From an uncultured Verrucomicrobiae bacterium (GTDB lineage Bacteria > Verrucomicrobiota > Verrucomicrobiia > Chthoniobacterales > Chthoniobacteraceae), in NCBI GenBank assembly GCA_963769025.1, contig CAVYKI010000009.1, forward strand, positions 1 through 64,000: a stretch of DNA of 64,000 bases, given 5' to 3'. Below are positions 9,405 to 20,196 of the stretch, piece after piece (within the stretch, counting starts at the first letter, position 1; each line of letters starts with the position of its first letter). Under the pieces are notes generated by a model. The model was not told the origin of the DNA. It saw nothing but the letters and a program-made list of their open reading frames with translations, and searched no databases. The translations under genes were made by a program, and so were the position numbers.

Positions 9405-10325
9405 ATGAGCAAGAAGACCGAACTCGAAGTCGCCGGACGAACGCTGCAAGTTTCGAACCTGGATAAGGTGCTGTATCCCGACCCCGGTTTCACGAAGGCG
9501 CAGGTCATCGACTATTACATCCGAATCGCGCCCGTGCTGCTGCCGCATTTGAAGAACCGGCCCATTACGTTGAAGCGGTATCCCGACGGCGTGGACGGTT
9601 TCTTTTTCTACGAGAAACAATGCCCGTCTCACCGCCCGAAGTGGGTGAAGACCGCAACCGTGCCGAGCCAGCGGCGTGAGGAGAAGCAGATCGACTATTG
9701 CGTGATGAACGATCTCCCGGCGCTCGTCTGGGCGGCGAACCTGGCGGACTTGGAACTGCACACCTTTCTCCACCGCGCGCCCGCGATCACGCGGCCGACC
9801 GCGCTCGCCTTCGACCTCGATCCCGGGCCGCCCGCCGACATCGTGCTGTGCTGTCGCGTGGGCCTGTGGCTGAAGGCGATTTTCGACGAACTGGGCCTCG
9901 AAAGTTTTCCGAAGACATCCGGCTCAAAAGGCCTGCAAGTCTTCGTCCCGCTCAACACCGCGACCAGCTACGAAAAGACGAAGCCTTTTGCCCACGCGGT
10001 CGCGGAACGCCTCGAGCGCGAACATCCGGAAGTCGTCGTCTCGCGCATGCAGAAATCGCTGCGAAAAGGCAAGGTGCTCATCGACTGGAGCCAGAATGAC
10101 GATCACAAGACCACGGTGAATGTCTATTCGCTGCGGGCGAAAGCTGAGCCCACAGTGTCCACGCCGGTGACATGGAAGGAAGTGGCGGCCTGCGTGAAAC
10201 AGAAAGCACCCGACCGGCTCCGCTTCCTCAGCGATGAAGTGCTGACCCGCGTGAAGAAGCACGGCGACATCTTCGCTCCGGTCCTCCAACTCAACCAGCG
10301 TCTGCCGCCTATCAAGGCTCTCTGA
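9405..10325 (+). CDS. stand-alone LigD primase-polymerase domain protein
   Basis: SNLDKVLYP, LKRYPDG, FDLDPG, KTSGSKGLQV, RKGKVLIDWSQN, YSLRA..PTVSTP. Confidence 0.92.
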   Translation: MSKKTELEVAGRTLQVSNLDKVLYPDPGFTKAQVIDYYIRIAPVLLPHLKNRPITLKRYPDGVDGFFFYEKQCPSHRPKWVKTATVPSQRREEKQIDYCVMNDLPALVWAANLADLELHTFLHRAPAITRPTALAFDLDPGPPADIVLCCRVGLWLKAIFDELGLESFPKTSGSKGLQVFVPLNTATSYEKTKPFAHAVAERLEREHPEVVVSRMQKSLRKGKVLIDWSQNDDHKTTVNVYSLRAKAEPTVSTPVTWKEVAACVKQKAPDRLRFLSDEVLTRVKKHGDIFAPVLQLNQRLPPIKAL

Positions 10326-10360
10326 AGTCCGTCTCTCATCACTTTCCGCATCGCAGGCTA

Positions 10361-11494
10361 CTACGACCGTCCGCGTCTGCGCGCGGCCATTGCCGCTCCA
10401 TCCTTTCCACTCAGACGCTCTTCCAGCAGCACGAGCACCGCAGCTTCTTCCGACTTGAGCTGTGAAAGTGCACGGTCACTCCGACTGGCTGCACGCTTTC
10501 GGATGGTGGCGATTGTTTCGCCGGCGAGGTAGCTATCGAGTATCTCCGGGTGCACATAACACTTCCGGCACACCGCCGCGGTATTCCCGAGCATTTTCGC
10601 GACGGCCTCAATGGCTGCCATGATGTTCCTTTTCGCGCGTGCCTTGTGCGTCACAGTTTCAAACTGCTTCAATGCGGTGGCAGCCAAAACGGTACCCGCC
10701 CATGTGCGGAAATCCTTCGCCGTAAAATCATTTCCGGTGATGCCGCGCAGGTATTCGTTCACATCTTGGGAACCTATGTCGCGATGTTCGCCGTTGTCGC
10801 TTTCATAGGCGAACAGCTCCTGGCCCGGCATCTCCTGGCACCGCCGGACGATGTGCGCCAGCTGCGGGTCGCGCAGACATATTTCATGCCGTCTCGCTGA
10901 CTTGCCGCGGAAGCGGAAGCGGATGCGCGAGCCCGCGACGCGTGCGTGCTGATTCCGTATCGTGGTGAGACCGTAGGACTGGTTCTCGCGGGCGTATTCG
11001 TCATTTCCAACGCGGATGAGTGTCGTTTCCAGCAGGCGGACGATGGTTGCGAGGACCTTCTCCCGGGGCATCCCGCGTCGCGCGAGGTCACGCTTTACGC
11101 GTCGTCGAATGCGCGGAAGCGCGCGGGCGAAGGCGAGCATGTGATCGAATTTACTTTCGTCGCGCTGTCGCCGCCAATCCGCGTGATAACGGTACTGCTT
11201 CCGTCCGCGCGCATCACGTCCGGTTGCCTGGAGGTGGCCGTTCTCGTGCGGACTGATCCACACGTCGGTCCACGCAGGAGGGATCGCCAGCCGCTTGATT
11301 CGCTCCAGCATGCGCGCGTCCTTCAGGCGATTCCCATCGAGCCGGGCGTACTCGAAATGTTTCCCGCGACGATGGCGAAGGATGCCCGGCTTTGCGTCGG
11401 TGGAATACCGAAGACCTGCTTCGCCCGCTTCCGCGGCTAGCGCTGCCGCGAACGGATTGGTCCGTGTGTCAGCCGTTGACGATTTCGCCGCCAT
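10361..11494 (-). CDS. DNA topoisomerase IB (bacterial, poxvirus-like)
   Basis: LAIPPAWTDVWI, GRDARGRKQYRYH, IRVGNDEY, FRGKS, FTAKDFRTW, LGNTAAVCRKCYVHP (catalytic Tyr). Confidence 0.93.
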   Translation of the reverse strand: MAAKSSTADTRTNPFAAALAAEAGEAGLRYSTDAKPGILRHRRGKHFEYARLDGNRLKDARMLERIKRLAIPPAWTDVWISPHENGHLQATGRDARGRKQYRYHADWRRQRDESKFDHMLAFARALPRIRRRVKRDLARRGMPREKVLATIVRLLETTLIRVGNDEYARENQSYGLTTIRNQHARVAGSRIRFRFRGKSARRHEICLRDPQLAHIVRRCQEMPGQELFAYESDNGEHRDIGSQDVNEYLRGITGNDFTAKDFRTWAGTVLAATALKQFETVTHKARAKRNIMAAIEAVAKMLGNTAAVCRKCYVHPEILDSYLAGETIATIRKRAASRSDRALSQLKSEEAAVLVLLEERLSGKDGAAMAARRRGRS

Positions 11495-12341
11495 TCGGAT
11501 GAAGCACCTGGCCGGTCATGTAGGAGGAATCTTCGCTCGCGAGGAACACGAAACTGGGCGCGATCTCGTTCGGTTGGCCAGCGCGCCCGAGCGGTACATC
11601 GGATCCGAATGTCGCCACCTTCTCGCCGGGAAAAGTCGCAGGAATCAATGGAGTCCAAATTGGGCCCGGGGCGACGGCATTGACGCGGATGCCCCGCCTC
11701 ACGAGGGAATGAGCGAGCGAGCGCGTAAAGGATACAATTGCGCCTTTTGTCGAAGAGTAATCAAGCAGTGACGGACTCCCTCGATATGCTGTGACGGAAG
11801 TGGTATTGATGATGCTACCGCCTCTCTTGAGATGCGGGAGCGCGGCTTTCGTGAGATAGAAGAAAGAGAAGATGTTTGTGCGAAAAGTGCGTTCGAGTTG
11901 CTTCGCCGTGATATTTTCCAATGACTTCTGCGGATGCTGCTCCGCTGCGTTGTTCACGACGATATCGATACGCCCAAATTCCTTCACGAGCCTCGCAATC
12001 GCGCGTTTGCAAAAGGCTTCACTGCCTATGTCTCCGGCGATGGCGATTGCCTTCCTGCCGGCGTTCTCGACGGCACGCACGGTTTCTTTCGCATCCTGGT
12101 GTTCATTCAAATAGAGGACTGCCACATTCGCGCCTTCGCCCGCGAAAGCCAGGGCAACGGCTCGTCCTATGCCGCTGTCGCCGCCAGAAATCACAGCCAC
12201 CTTCCCTGCGAGTTTTGGCTCCGCGGGCATGGTTTTTTGCCAAGCTTCGGGCTGCGGGTTCATCTCAGCCTCAAGTCCCGGTTGTCGCGCCTGCTTCTGA
12301 CGCGGCTGCACCCGCCTTTTTTTGCGCTGCATTTGAGACAT
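11469..12341 (-). CDS. SDR oxidoreductase, general stress protein 39/YhdF-like
   Basis: QPGLEAEMNPQP, SGGDSGIGRAVA, NNAAEQHP, YSSTKGAI, NAVAPGPIWTPLIP, HPNGGEIVNG. Confidence 0.92.
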   Translation of the reverse strand: MSQMQRKKRRVQPRQKQARQPGLEAEMNPQPEAWQKTMPAEPKLAGKVAVISGGDSGIGRAVALAFAGEGANVAVLYLNEHQDAKETVRAVENAGRKAIAIAGDIGSEAFCKRAIARLVKEFGRIDIVVNNAAEQHPQKSLENITAKQLERTFRTNIFSFFYLTKAALPHLKRGGSIINTTSVTAYRGSPSLLDYSSTKGAIVSFTRSLAHSLVRRGIRVNAVAPGPIWTPLIPATFPGEKVATFGSDVPLGRAGQPNEIAPSFVFLASEDSSYMTGQVLHPNGGEIVNG

Positions 12342-12840
12342 AAACAAAGCGGACCGCTCAACCGGAGCCGGATGCATTCGGCTCCGGCTCAAGGTCGAGG
12401 GTCAAAAGCTAGTATTCCCCAACCGGCGACGAGCCTCCTTGCTCTTGCAAAGCCGCCTCTGCAGTCGGCTGAGAAGTGCGTCGTTGCTTGCCGTCCGCGA
12501 AGGCGATCGTCACCCGTTAGGTCAGCGCACTTTTGTTTCAGCTTACCTTTGAATTGAAGTTTGTTCATACCGCGTCTTCGCTACATCGGCGCTCGACGGA
12601 TGTGCTTTTTGAGCGAAGCGGGCCCCGCGAGCCGCTCGTGTGCGAAGTGAACTTGCAACAGTTTCCCAGCACCATCCGCTCCCCACGGAAGTGCGCGGCG
12701 TCAGTCGGAGACCTTTCTGATGGTTGTCGATGTCATCCTTGGTTCTGATCTTCTGCGCGCCGATACTCGGATCTCCAGTCGCAACAAAAAATTGAGTCTG
12801 ATACGACCGCGCCAACTTCGTCGAGCGATGGTCTGATGCT

Positions 12841-13335
12841 ATGAAACTAGAAACTGTCAAAGACCTCTATATCCACGAACTGAAGGACCTCTACAGCGCT
12901 GAGAAGCAAATCATCAAGGCGCTCCCCAAGATGGTGAAAGCCGCTACAAATCAAGCTCTCGCTGACGGCTTCAGCCAGCATCTCGAAGAGACGAAGGAGC
13001 ACGCCGTCCGGCTGGAAAAAATCCTCGACGGTCTCGGTGTCAGCCCGCGCGGGCCGAAGTGCAAAGGCATGGAAGGCCTGCTGGAGGAGGGCGCGGAAAT
13101 GATCGAGGAGGAAGCCGACGAAGAGGTGCGCGATGCGGGATTGATCGCCGCAGCGCAGCGCGTCGAGCACTACGAGATGGCCGGCTATGGGTGCGCACGG
13201 GCTTACGCCGAACTTGTCGGTGACAAGGAAGGTGCAACGTTGCTGCAAACAACGCTCGAAGAAGAAGGGGCGACCGACAAAAAGCTGACCCAGCTCGCGA
13301 AGTCGGTGATCAACGTCGCTGCCACAGCGAAGTAG
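12841..13335 (+). CDS. yciF: ferritin-like DUF892 stress protein (YciF-like)
   Basis: ELKDLYSAEKQ, HLEETKEH, CKGMEGLLEEG, DAGLIAAAQRVEHYEMAGYG, TLEEEGATD. Confidence 0.88.
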   Translation: MKLETVKDLYIHELKDLYSAEKQIIKALPKMVKAATNQALADGFSQHLEETKEHAVRLEKILDGLGVSPRGPKCKGMEGLLEEGAEMIEEEADEEVRDAGLIAAAQRVEHYEMAGYGCARAYAELVGDKEGATLLQTTLEEEGATDKKLTQLAKSVINVAATAK

Positions 13336-13467
13336 CGTTCGATCGATGGCCGCGAGCGGGTACTGATGGCAGGGCTCGCTCGCGGCCAGGCCGCTGGGCC
13401 GCCGAGTTTCCGTCTCACGCGGGATTTCACATGAGGAAGCATGGCGCGGCGCTGCGGCGTGGCTGGG

Positions 13468-14238
13468 TCATTGCTCGGCGTAGTTCCAGAGCAATCCTCC
13501 GTCCACCACGACAGTCGCGCCGGTGATGTAGTCTGCATCCTCCGAGGCCAGGAACGCAGCCACGCCGGCCACGTCTTTAGGTCTGCCCAAGCGGCGGAGC
13601 GGGATGTTCTCGAGCAACCGGTTCCGCTTCGCCTCGTCATTCAGGAGCACCGCATTGATCGATGTCTCAATGGCCCCTGGCGCGATGGAATTGACGGTGA
13701 TGCCAAAGGGCGCGAGTTCAATGGCGAGATCGCGCGTGAGCATTTTCACGGCCGCCTTGCTCATCCCGTAGGCGGCAAAATGCGGGAACGGCAGCTCGTC
13801 GTGGATGGAAGTGATATTGATTATGCGTCCGCCGCATTTGGCCCTGCGCAGGTGCCGCACGAACGCTTGGGTGGCAAAAAACGCACTCTTGGCATTCACG
13901 TTCATCACGAGCTCGTAATCGGCTTCCGTCACTTCCCAAAAGTCGGCACGCTTTTCCAAGCCTGCATTATTGATTAGAATGTCGAGTCCACCAAGGGCGG
14001 CGATGCTTTTGCCGACCAGTCGTTCGCATTCATCGGCATCGGCCAGATTGGCCCCGATGGCGGTCGTTCTGCGACCCATGGATTCAATCTCCTGCACGAC
14101 CCTGGCCGCCTCCACAGCGTGCCTGTGAAAATTGATCACAACATTCGCGCCTTCTTTCGCCAACCGAAGGGCAATGCTTTTGCCGATGCCACGGTTGCTA
14201 CCGGTCACGAGCGCATTTTTGCCTTCGAGTTTCATCAT
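13468..14238 (-). CDS. SDR oxidoreductase, glucose 1-dehydrogenase-like
   Basis: TGSNRGIG, NNAGLE, YGMSKAA, IAPGAIETSIN, YITGATVVVDGGL. Confidence 0.9.
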   Translation of the reverse strand: MMKLEGKNALVTGSNRGIGKSIALRLAKEGANVVINFHRHAVEAARVVQEIESMGRRTTAIGANLADADECERLVGKSIAALGGLDILINNAGLEKRADFWEVTEADYELVMNVNAKSAFFATQAFVRHLRRAKCGGRIINITSIHDELPFPHFAAYGMSKAAVKMLTRDLAIELAPFGITVNSIAPGAIETSINAVLLNDEAKRNRLLENIPLRRLGRPKDVAGVAAFLASEDADYITGATVVVDGGLLWNYAEQ

Positions 14239-14328
14239 TTCCAAGAATCGCCTGCCGGGCGCCCGTGAAGTGCATGAAATCCGCAGCAACACCCGGCATC
14301 CGCATGCGATGCGGGTTGCGATGTCCAG

Positions 14329-16260
14329 TTGATGAAGCCACCACTTGCCCCTGCGTTATCAGCCGTCCCACGGCGATTGCCCGTCGGCGCTGAATTGCAG
14401 CCCGGAGGAGGGGTGCATTTCCGCGTGTGGGCGCCGTTATCGGAGCGAGTGGCGGTGGTGTTCGCCGACGACTCGGGCGCAGAGGATATGCCGCTTGAAC
14501 CCAACGGTGAAGGCTATTGGGGTGGCTGGGTGGCGGAGGCTCGTGCCGGCATGACTTACCGATATCGACTGGATAGCGGCATTTTCCCAGACATGGCATC
14601 GCGCTTTCAGCCGGCTGGCCCGCACGGTCCGTCCCAAATCGTCGACGCAGGTGCTTTCACTTGGTCGGATGATGAATGGCGCGGAGTTACACGGGAGGGG
14701 CACGTCATCTATGAAATGCACATCGGCACCTTTACCGCTGAAGGCTCGTGGAAGGCGGCCACGGCGCAACTGCCGAATCTCGCGGAACTGGGTGTGACCT
14801 TGCTGGAAATCATGCCGGTCGCGGACTTCCCAGGCCGTTTCGGATGGGGATATGACGGCGTGAATCTGTTTGCGCCGACGCGGATCTACGGCGAGCCGGA
14901 TGACTTTCGGAGATTCGTGAATACCGCGCACATCCTCGGCCTTGGTGTCATCCTCGACGTGGTCTATAATCACCTCGGTCCGGACGGGAACTTCTCGAAA
15001 GAATTTTCGCCGCATTACGTCAGCCAGCGCTACAAGAACGAATGGGGCGAAGCGCTGAACTTCGACGACGAGCACAGCGGACCAGTGCGCGAACTCATCG
15101 TCGCGAATGCCGGCTACTGGATCGATGAGTATCACCTCGATGGCCTCCGTCTCGATGCTACTCAGCAAGTCTTTGACTCATCCCCAGACCACCTGCTGGC
15201 AGCCATCGCGAGAAGAGTGCGCGAGGCGGCGCGTGGGCGTGGAACCTATCTCGTCGCTGAAAACGAGCCGCAACACGCGCATCTCGTCCGTCCGCCCGAG
15301 GAGCGCGGCCACGGGCTCGACGCGCTTTGGAACGATGACTTCCATCACTCGGCAATCGTTGCGATGACGGGGCGCAAGGAAGCCTACTACACCGACTACC
15401 ACGGTTCGCCGCAGGAGTTCATTTCCGCGGCGAAGTGGGGCTTTCTCTATCAAGGTCAGCGCTACAAGTGGCAGAAAGCGCGGCGCGGTTCCCCTGCACT
15501 CGATCTCGCGCCTGCGAATTTTGTGAACTTCCTGCAAAACCACGATCAGGTAGCGAATTCGCTCGCCGGCCGTCGCATCCATACAATCACCAGTCCGGGG
15601 CGGCTCCGCGCGCTAACCGCGCTGCTTCTGCTCGGACCGAATACTCCGATGCTTTTCCAAGGCCAGGAGTTTGCGGCGACGACTCCATTTCTCTATTTTG
15701 CGGACCATCGTCCGGATCTTGCAAAAGCAGTAGCCGCAGGGCGCGCGGAGTTTCTGAAGCAGTTCCCCAGCATCGCCTCGGAGGACACGGAATTGTTACT
15801 GCCGAATCCCGAGTTGGAGGACACCTTCCAACGCTGCAAGCTGGATTTCGCCGATAGGGAAAGGCATGCGGAGCTCCTGCATCTCCATCGCGATCTGTTG
15901 CGGTTGCGGAAAGAAGATCCGTTGCTCGGCAACGCACCACGCGGCACTTTCGACGGCGCCGTGCTCGGGGACGATGCGTTCGTGCTGCGCTTCTTCGGGC
16001 GTGCGCAGGACGACCGGTTGCTCGTCATCAATCTTGGTCCGCACCTGCATCTCGATCCCGCGCCGGAGCCTCTGCTTGCCCCGCCTCTCGGCTGCAATTG
16101 GAAGCTGGCGTGGTCGAGCGAGGATCCTCGCTACGGTGGCGGCGGCACGCCGCCGGTGGATTCCGATGAAAATTGGCACCTGCCAGCCGAATCCGGACTG
16201 CTGCTGATGCCCACCCACCCGAAACATGAATTCTCTTATCCGCCGCATCGACATTGCTGA
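14329..16260 (+). CDS. treZ: malto-oligosyltrehalose trehalohydrolase (GH13 with CBM48)
   Basis: FRVWAP, SRFQPAGPHGPS, YEMHIGTF, WGYDGV, DVVYNHLGP, DGLRLDATQ, WNDDFHH, QNHDQVAN. Confidence 0.88.
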   Translation: MMKPPLAPALSAVPRRLPVGAELQPGGGVHFRVWAPLSERVAVVFADDSGAEDMPLEPNGEGYWGGWVAEARAGMTYRYRLDSGIFPDMASRFQPAGPHGPSQIVDAGAFTWSDDEWRGVTREGHVIYEMHIGTFTAEGSWKAATAQLPNLAELGVTLLEIMPVADFPGRFGWGYDGVNLFAPTRIYGEPDDFRRFVNTAHILGLGVILDVVYNHLGPDGNFSKEFSPHYVSQRYKNEWGEALNFDDEHSGPVRELIVANAGYWIDEYHLDGLRLDATQQVFDSSPDHLLAAIARRVREAARGRGTYLVAENEPQHAHLVRPPEERGHGLDALWNDDFHHSAIVAMTGRKEAYYTDYHGSPQEFISAAKWGFLYQGQRYKWQKARRGSPALDLAPANFVNFLQNHDQVANSLAGRRIHTITSPGRLRALTALLLLGPNTPMLFQGQEFAATTPFLYFADHRPDLAKAVAAGRAEFLKQFPSIASEDTELLLPNPELEDTFQRCKLDFADRERHAELLHLHRDLLRLRKEDPLLGNAPRGTFDGAVLGDDAFVLRFFGRAQDDRLLVINLGPHLHLDPAPEPLLAPPLGCNWKLAWSSEDPRYGGGGTPPVDSDENWHLPAESGLLLMPTHPKHEFSYPPHRHC

Positions 16261-18253
16261 CGCGCATGCGCATCACGCCCGCGAAATCCTACGCCGGGAA
16301 TGGCTCATCACGAACGGCCTCGGGGGCTACGGTTCGGGCACCATTTCAGGGATGGTATCGCGACGCTATCACGGTCTTCTCGTGGCGGCGCTGCCCGCGC
16401 CATTTGGGAGGGTGGTGATGTTCAATCATCTCTCCGAGCATTTGCGGATGCCGGACGGCCGCTGCATTCCGATCGGCGGCGATGAGCCGCGAGAGGGGGA
16501 CAACGAATCTTCAGACAGACATTACGTCCGCGAATTCCGTATCGAGCACGGGCTGCCGGTGTGGACGTACGAGGCCGAAGGATGCGTCATCGAAAAGACG
16601 CTGCTGCTCATTCACGGTCAGAATACCGTGCATGTTACGTATCGGCTGCTATCGAGTGCGCCATCCGCACTTTTGGAGTTGCGGCCGTCTGTCCACTTTC
16701 GGCCGCATGAAAACGATGTGGCAGGGCCGCTGCCTGACAATTATTCCTTTCTGATTCGGGAACGGCGGTACGAGATTTCGAGCAAAAGCTATCCGTATCC
16801 ACTCCGGCTGTGCGTCCATGACAAGCGCGCACATTTCACCCACGACGGCAGCTGCGTAAGCGAACTGGCCTACCAGACAGAGGCCGATCGCGGCTACTCG
16901 TCGCGGGGGCTTTTGTGGTGCCCCGGCTTCTTCAGCGTGGACTTGCGAGAGAATCAACCTGTGACCTTGATCGCCTCGACCGAAGAATGGGCTGAGATCC
17001 TCGCACTCGCGCCCGAGGAGGCGCGGAAGGCAGACCTCGCGCGCCGTCGCCGCTTGATCGCCGCCGCCGCACCGGCCGTGCGCGAAGGCGCGGCGGCGGA
17101 ACTCGTGCTCGCAGCGGATCAATTCATCATCACGCCTGCGGGCCGGATCGAGGATGCCGCGCGCGCGCGGGCGGCCGGGGATGAAGTGCGCACGGTAATT
17201 GCGGGCTACCATTGGTTCACCGACTGGGGGCGCGACACGATGATCAGCCTTGAAGGTCTCACCCTGACCACCGGCCGCCACGCGGAGGCGGCTTGGATTT
17301 TGCGGACCTTCGGGCATTACATCCGGGATGGTCTCATTCCGAATCTTTTCCCTGAGGGAGAGTGCGAAGGGCTTTACCACACGGCGGATGCGACGCTCTG
17401 GTTTTTTCATGCGCTGGATCGATATGTCGAGACCACCGGCGATTCCGAAACGCTTACCGCTTTGGTGCCGAAGCTGGTCGAGGTCGTTGACCATCACTTG
17501 CGCGGCACGCGATTTGGAATTCGCGTTGATCCGAGCGACGGGCTCTTGGCGCAGGGTGCGGAAGGTTATCAACTAACTTGGATGGACGCGAAAGTCGACG
17601 GATGGGTAGTGACACCGCGCCGCGGAAAGGCCGTCGAGATCAACGCGCTTTTTTACAATGCGCTCATGCTGCTCGCCAGCTGGGTCAATGGTGACGCCGC
17701 CAGGACGTACATCGAGCACGCACGGCGCTGCCGCGAATCTTTCAACCGCCGCTTCTGGTCCCAGGAGCTTGGTTACCTGCTCGACGTCATCGATGGCGAA
17801 CAAGGCGAGGATCCCGCATGCCGGCCCAATCAGATCTTCGCGATTTCGCTGCGTCATCCCGTGCTCGACGAGGCGCGGTGGCCTGCGGTCCTCGACAAAG
17901 TTCGCGCGGAACTGCTGACGCCCGTCGGCTTGCGTTCGCTCGCGCCGGGTCATCCCGAATACAAGCCCCGCTATTTCGGCGACCTCCGAGCTCGCGACGC
18001 CGCCTATCATCAAGGCACCGTCTGGGGGTGGCTCATCGGCCCTTTCATCGACGCGTGGATGAAAGTGCATCCTTCCGACCGCGCGGGCGCTCGCCGCCTG
18101 CTCGACGGTTTCATCGAACATCTCGATCACGGCTGCGTGGGATCGATCAATGAGGTTTTCGATGCCGAGGCTCCTTTCACGCCGCGAGCCTGCATCGCGC
18201 AAGCCTGGAGCGTCGCCGAGGTGCTTCGCTGCTGGGCGAAGACGGGAACGTAG
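16226..18253 (+). CDS. amylo-alpha-1,6-glucosidase (glycogen debranching enzyme, GDE_N + GDE_C)
   Basis: EWLITNGLGGY, RRYHGLL, AGYHWFTDWGRDTMISLEGL, QLTWMDAK, YHQGTVWGWL, AQAWSVAE. Confidence 0.92.
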   Translation: MNSLIRRIDIADAHAHHAREILRREWLITNGLGGYGSGTISGMVSRRYHGLLVAALPAPFGRVVMFNHLSEHLRMPDGRCIPIGGDEPREGDNESSDRHYVREFRIEHGLPVWTYEAEGCVIEKTLLLIHGQNTVHVTYRLLSSAPSALLELRPSVHFRPHENDVAGPLPDNYSFLIRERRYEISSKSYPYPLRLCVHDKRAHFTHDGSCVSELAYQTEADRGYSSRGLLWCPGFFSVDLRENQPVTLIASTEEWAEILALAPEEARKADLARRRRLIAAAAPAVREGAAAELVLAADQFIITPAGRIEDAARARAAGDEVRTVIAGYHWFTDWGRDTMISLEGLTLTTGRHAEAAWILRTFGHYIRDGLIPNLFPEGECEGLYHTADATLWFFHALDRYVETTGDSETLTALVPKLVEVVDHHLRGTRFGIRVDPSDGLLAQGAEGYQLTWMDAKVDGWVVTPRRGKAVEINALFYNALMLLASWVNGDAARTYIEHARRCRESFNRRFWSQELGYLLDVIDGEQGEDPACRPNQIFAISLRHPVLDEARWPAVLDKVRAELLTPVGLRSLAPGHPEYKPRYFGDLRARDAAYHQGTVWGWLIGPFIDAWMKVHPSDRAGARRLLDGFIEHLDHGCVGSINEVFDAEAPFTPRACIAQAWSVAEVLRCWAKTGT

Positions 18254-18292
18254 TTCTCCCTGGCTTTCGCGTTCGACTGCCACCGGATCCAT

Positions 18293-19024
18293 TCAGTCCG
18301 CGTTCTTTCGCTCCAATGCCCGTTCAAGTGCTTCGTGATTGGTGAGGTCGAGCCGCAACGGGGTGATGGAGACCTCGTTATGTTGCACGGCCCAACGATC
18401 GGTGCCTTCCTCGGCTTCTTCGAGCGGCGTGACGGTGAACCAGAAGTGCGGACGGCCCATGGGATCTTTGCCGGGGACGACCTTTCCATCATAGTGCCGC
18501 ACGGATTGCCGGGTCCAGCGGACGCCGCGCGGCTGGTCGGGGAAATTCACATTCGCAAGCCGGAGGTCCGGCTGTGCGAGCATGAGAGCGAGCACCTTTT
18601 CCGCATAGGGCAGGATATGGATGTAGTTCGGTTCCTCTTCCCCGGATGGCGCGCTGAAGGCGATTCCGCGGAGCCCGAGCAGCGCCGCCTGTTTTGCAGC
18701 TGCGAGCGTGCCGGAGTGCCACATCGCATTGCCAAGATTCAGGCCCAAATTGATGCCGGAGAGCACGAGATCCACATTGTCCCAATTCGACGTGCCCAAC
18801 GCCACGCAATCCGCAGGGGTTCCATTCACTCGGAATGCATCGAAGTCTCCGATCTTCGTCCGCGTGGCGGACAGGGGACGGCTCGACGAAATTGCGTGTC
18901 CCATCGAGGATTGTTCCACGTTTGGCGCGACGATCCGCACTTCGCCGAATCGCCGCGCGACCATCGCGAGAGCGAAGATGCCGGGACTGTAAATGCCGTC
19001 GTCGTTTGAGATCAGGATTCTCAT
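18293..19024 (-). CDS. surE: 5'/3'-nucleotidase SurE
   Basis: MRILISNDDGIYSPG, NGTPADCV, SGINLGLN, SGTLAAA, SITPL. Confidence 0.93.
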   Translation of the reverse strand: MRILISNDDGIYSPGIFALAMVARRFGEVRIVAPNVEQSSMGHAISSSRPLSATRTKIGDFDAFRVNGTPADCVALGTSNWDNVDLVLSGINLGLNLGNAMWHSGTLAAAKQAALLGLRGIAFSAPSGEEEPNYIHILPYAEKVLALMLAQPDLRLANVNFPDQPRGVRWTRQSVRHYDGKVVPGKDPMGRPHFWFTVTPLEEAEEGTDRWAVQHNEVSITPLRLDLTNHEALERALERKNAD

Positions 19025-19091
19025 CACCTCAACATCGCATGAGACACGCCCGTCGCCCGCATCCAAAACGATAATTGGGAAAAGCCCGCAT

Positions 19092-20009
19092 ATGCGCCTC
19101 ACTCTCTTTCACAATCCCAGTGCGGGTGACGGAGACCATTCGCGCAAGCGGCTCCTCGCGATGCTGCGCAGGGGCGGACACGAAGTGGAATATCAGGATA
19201 TGAAGGCCGGTGATTTCTCCCTGGCGCTCGCTTTTCCCGGCGACCTCGCCGTCTGCGCGGGAGGCGATGGCACGGTGCGCAAACTCGGACTGGCACTCCT
19301 CGGCCGCGCCACGCCGCTCGCAATCTTGCCATTCGGCACTGCGAATAACGTCGCGCGCAGCCTCGGGATTGCCGTTACGACGCGGAACCTGATCGCGCGC
19401 TTCTCGACTGCTCGGCACACGCTTTTCGATGCCGGGGTGGTGCATGGGCTGTGGGGGCGCACTGCATTTCTGGAATCCCTCGGCATCGGCCTTTTTCCGA
19501 GCGTCCTTAAGGTGGCTGCGCTCGGGAAGGCGCATCCGATCCACCGCAGGATCGCGCATCTGGACGGCCTCGTGCGAGACTGTGCGCTCTTCCGCGAAGT
19601 CTTGCGGGCCGCGGCTCCGGAGGAAGTAGAGTTGCGCATCGATGGGAAGGACGCATCGGGAAATTTCCTCGCCGTCCAGATCATGAACATTCCAATCATC
19701 GGTCCGAATCTCGCCCTCGCCCCGAAGGTCGACGTATCTGATGGGATGCTCGACGTCGTCCTTATCGATGAACGGCAGCGGGAACTCCTCGACGCGCATT
19801 TGGAGAAGCGGGTCGCCGGCAAGGCTGCGACGTTAGAAATCCCCGTAGTGCGAGCGCACGAAATCGAACTGGGATTCCGCGCCGGGCCGCTCAGTCTCGA
19901 CGACGAACTGTGGCCCGACCAAAAGGCGAAGACGATGAGCGCCGTGAAAAAGGTAAGAATCACGGTGCAGCCCGGTGCACTGCATGTGCTGGGTGCTGGG
20001 GATGCATGA
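19092..20009 (+). CDS. diacylglycerol/lipid kinase family protein
   Basis: NPSAG, AGGDGT, LPFGTANNVA, DGMLDVV. Confidence 0.85.
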   Translation: MRLTLFHNPSAGDGDHSRKRLLAMLRRGGHEVEYQDMKAGDFSLALAFPGDLAVCAGGDGTVRKLGLALLGRATPLAILPFGTANNVARSLGIAVTTRNLIARFSTARHTLFDAGVVHGLWGRTAFLESLGIGLFPSVLKVAALGKAHPIHRRIAHLDGLVRDCALFREVLRAAAPEEVELRIDGKDASGNFLAVQIMNIPIIGPNLALAPKVDVSDGMLDVVLIDERQRELLDAHLEKRVAGKAATLEIPVVRAHEIELGFRAGPLSLDDELWPDQKAKTMSAVKKVRITVQPGALHVLGAGDA

Positions 20010-20196
20010 GGCAGAGGCATGAATCGGAACACGAAACCGGGTGCCAGCGTGGCAAAGAACATCCAGGAAATGCGGGAGCAATGGCGTGCGCTCCACGCGA
20101 AAAACGAAACATCCAGATTCGCACTTGTCTGCGATTCTCGGTTTGAGGACGGGTGGATCCATCATCCGTCCCGCAAACACCAACCTTAAAAGAACT

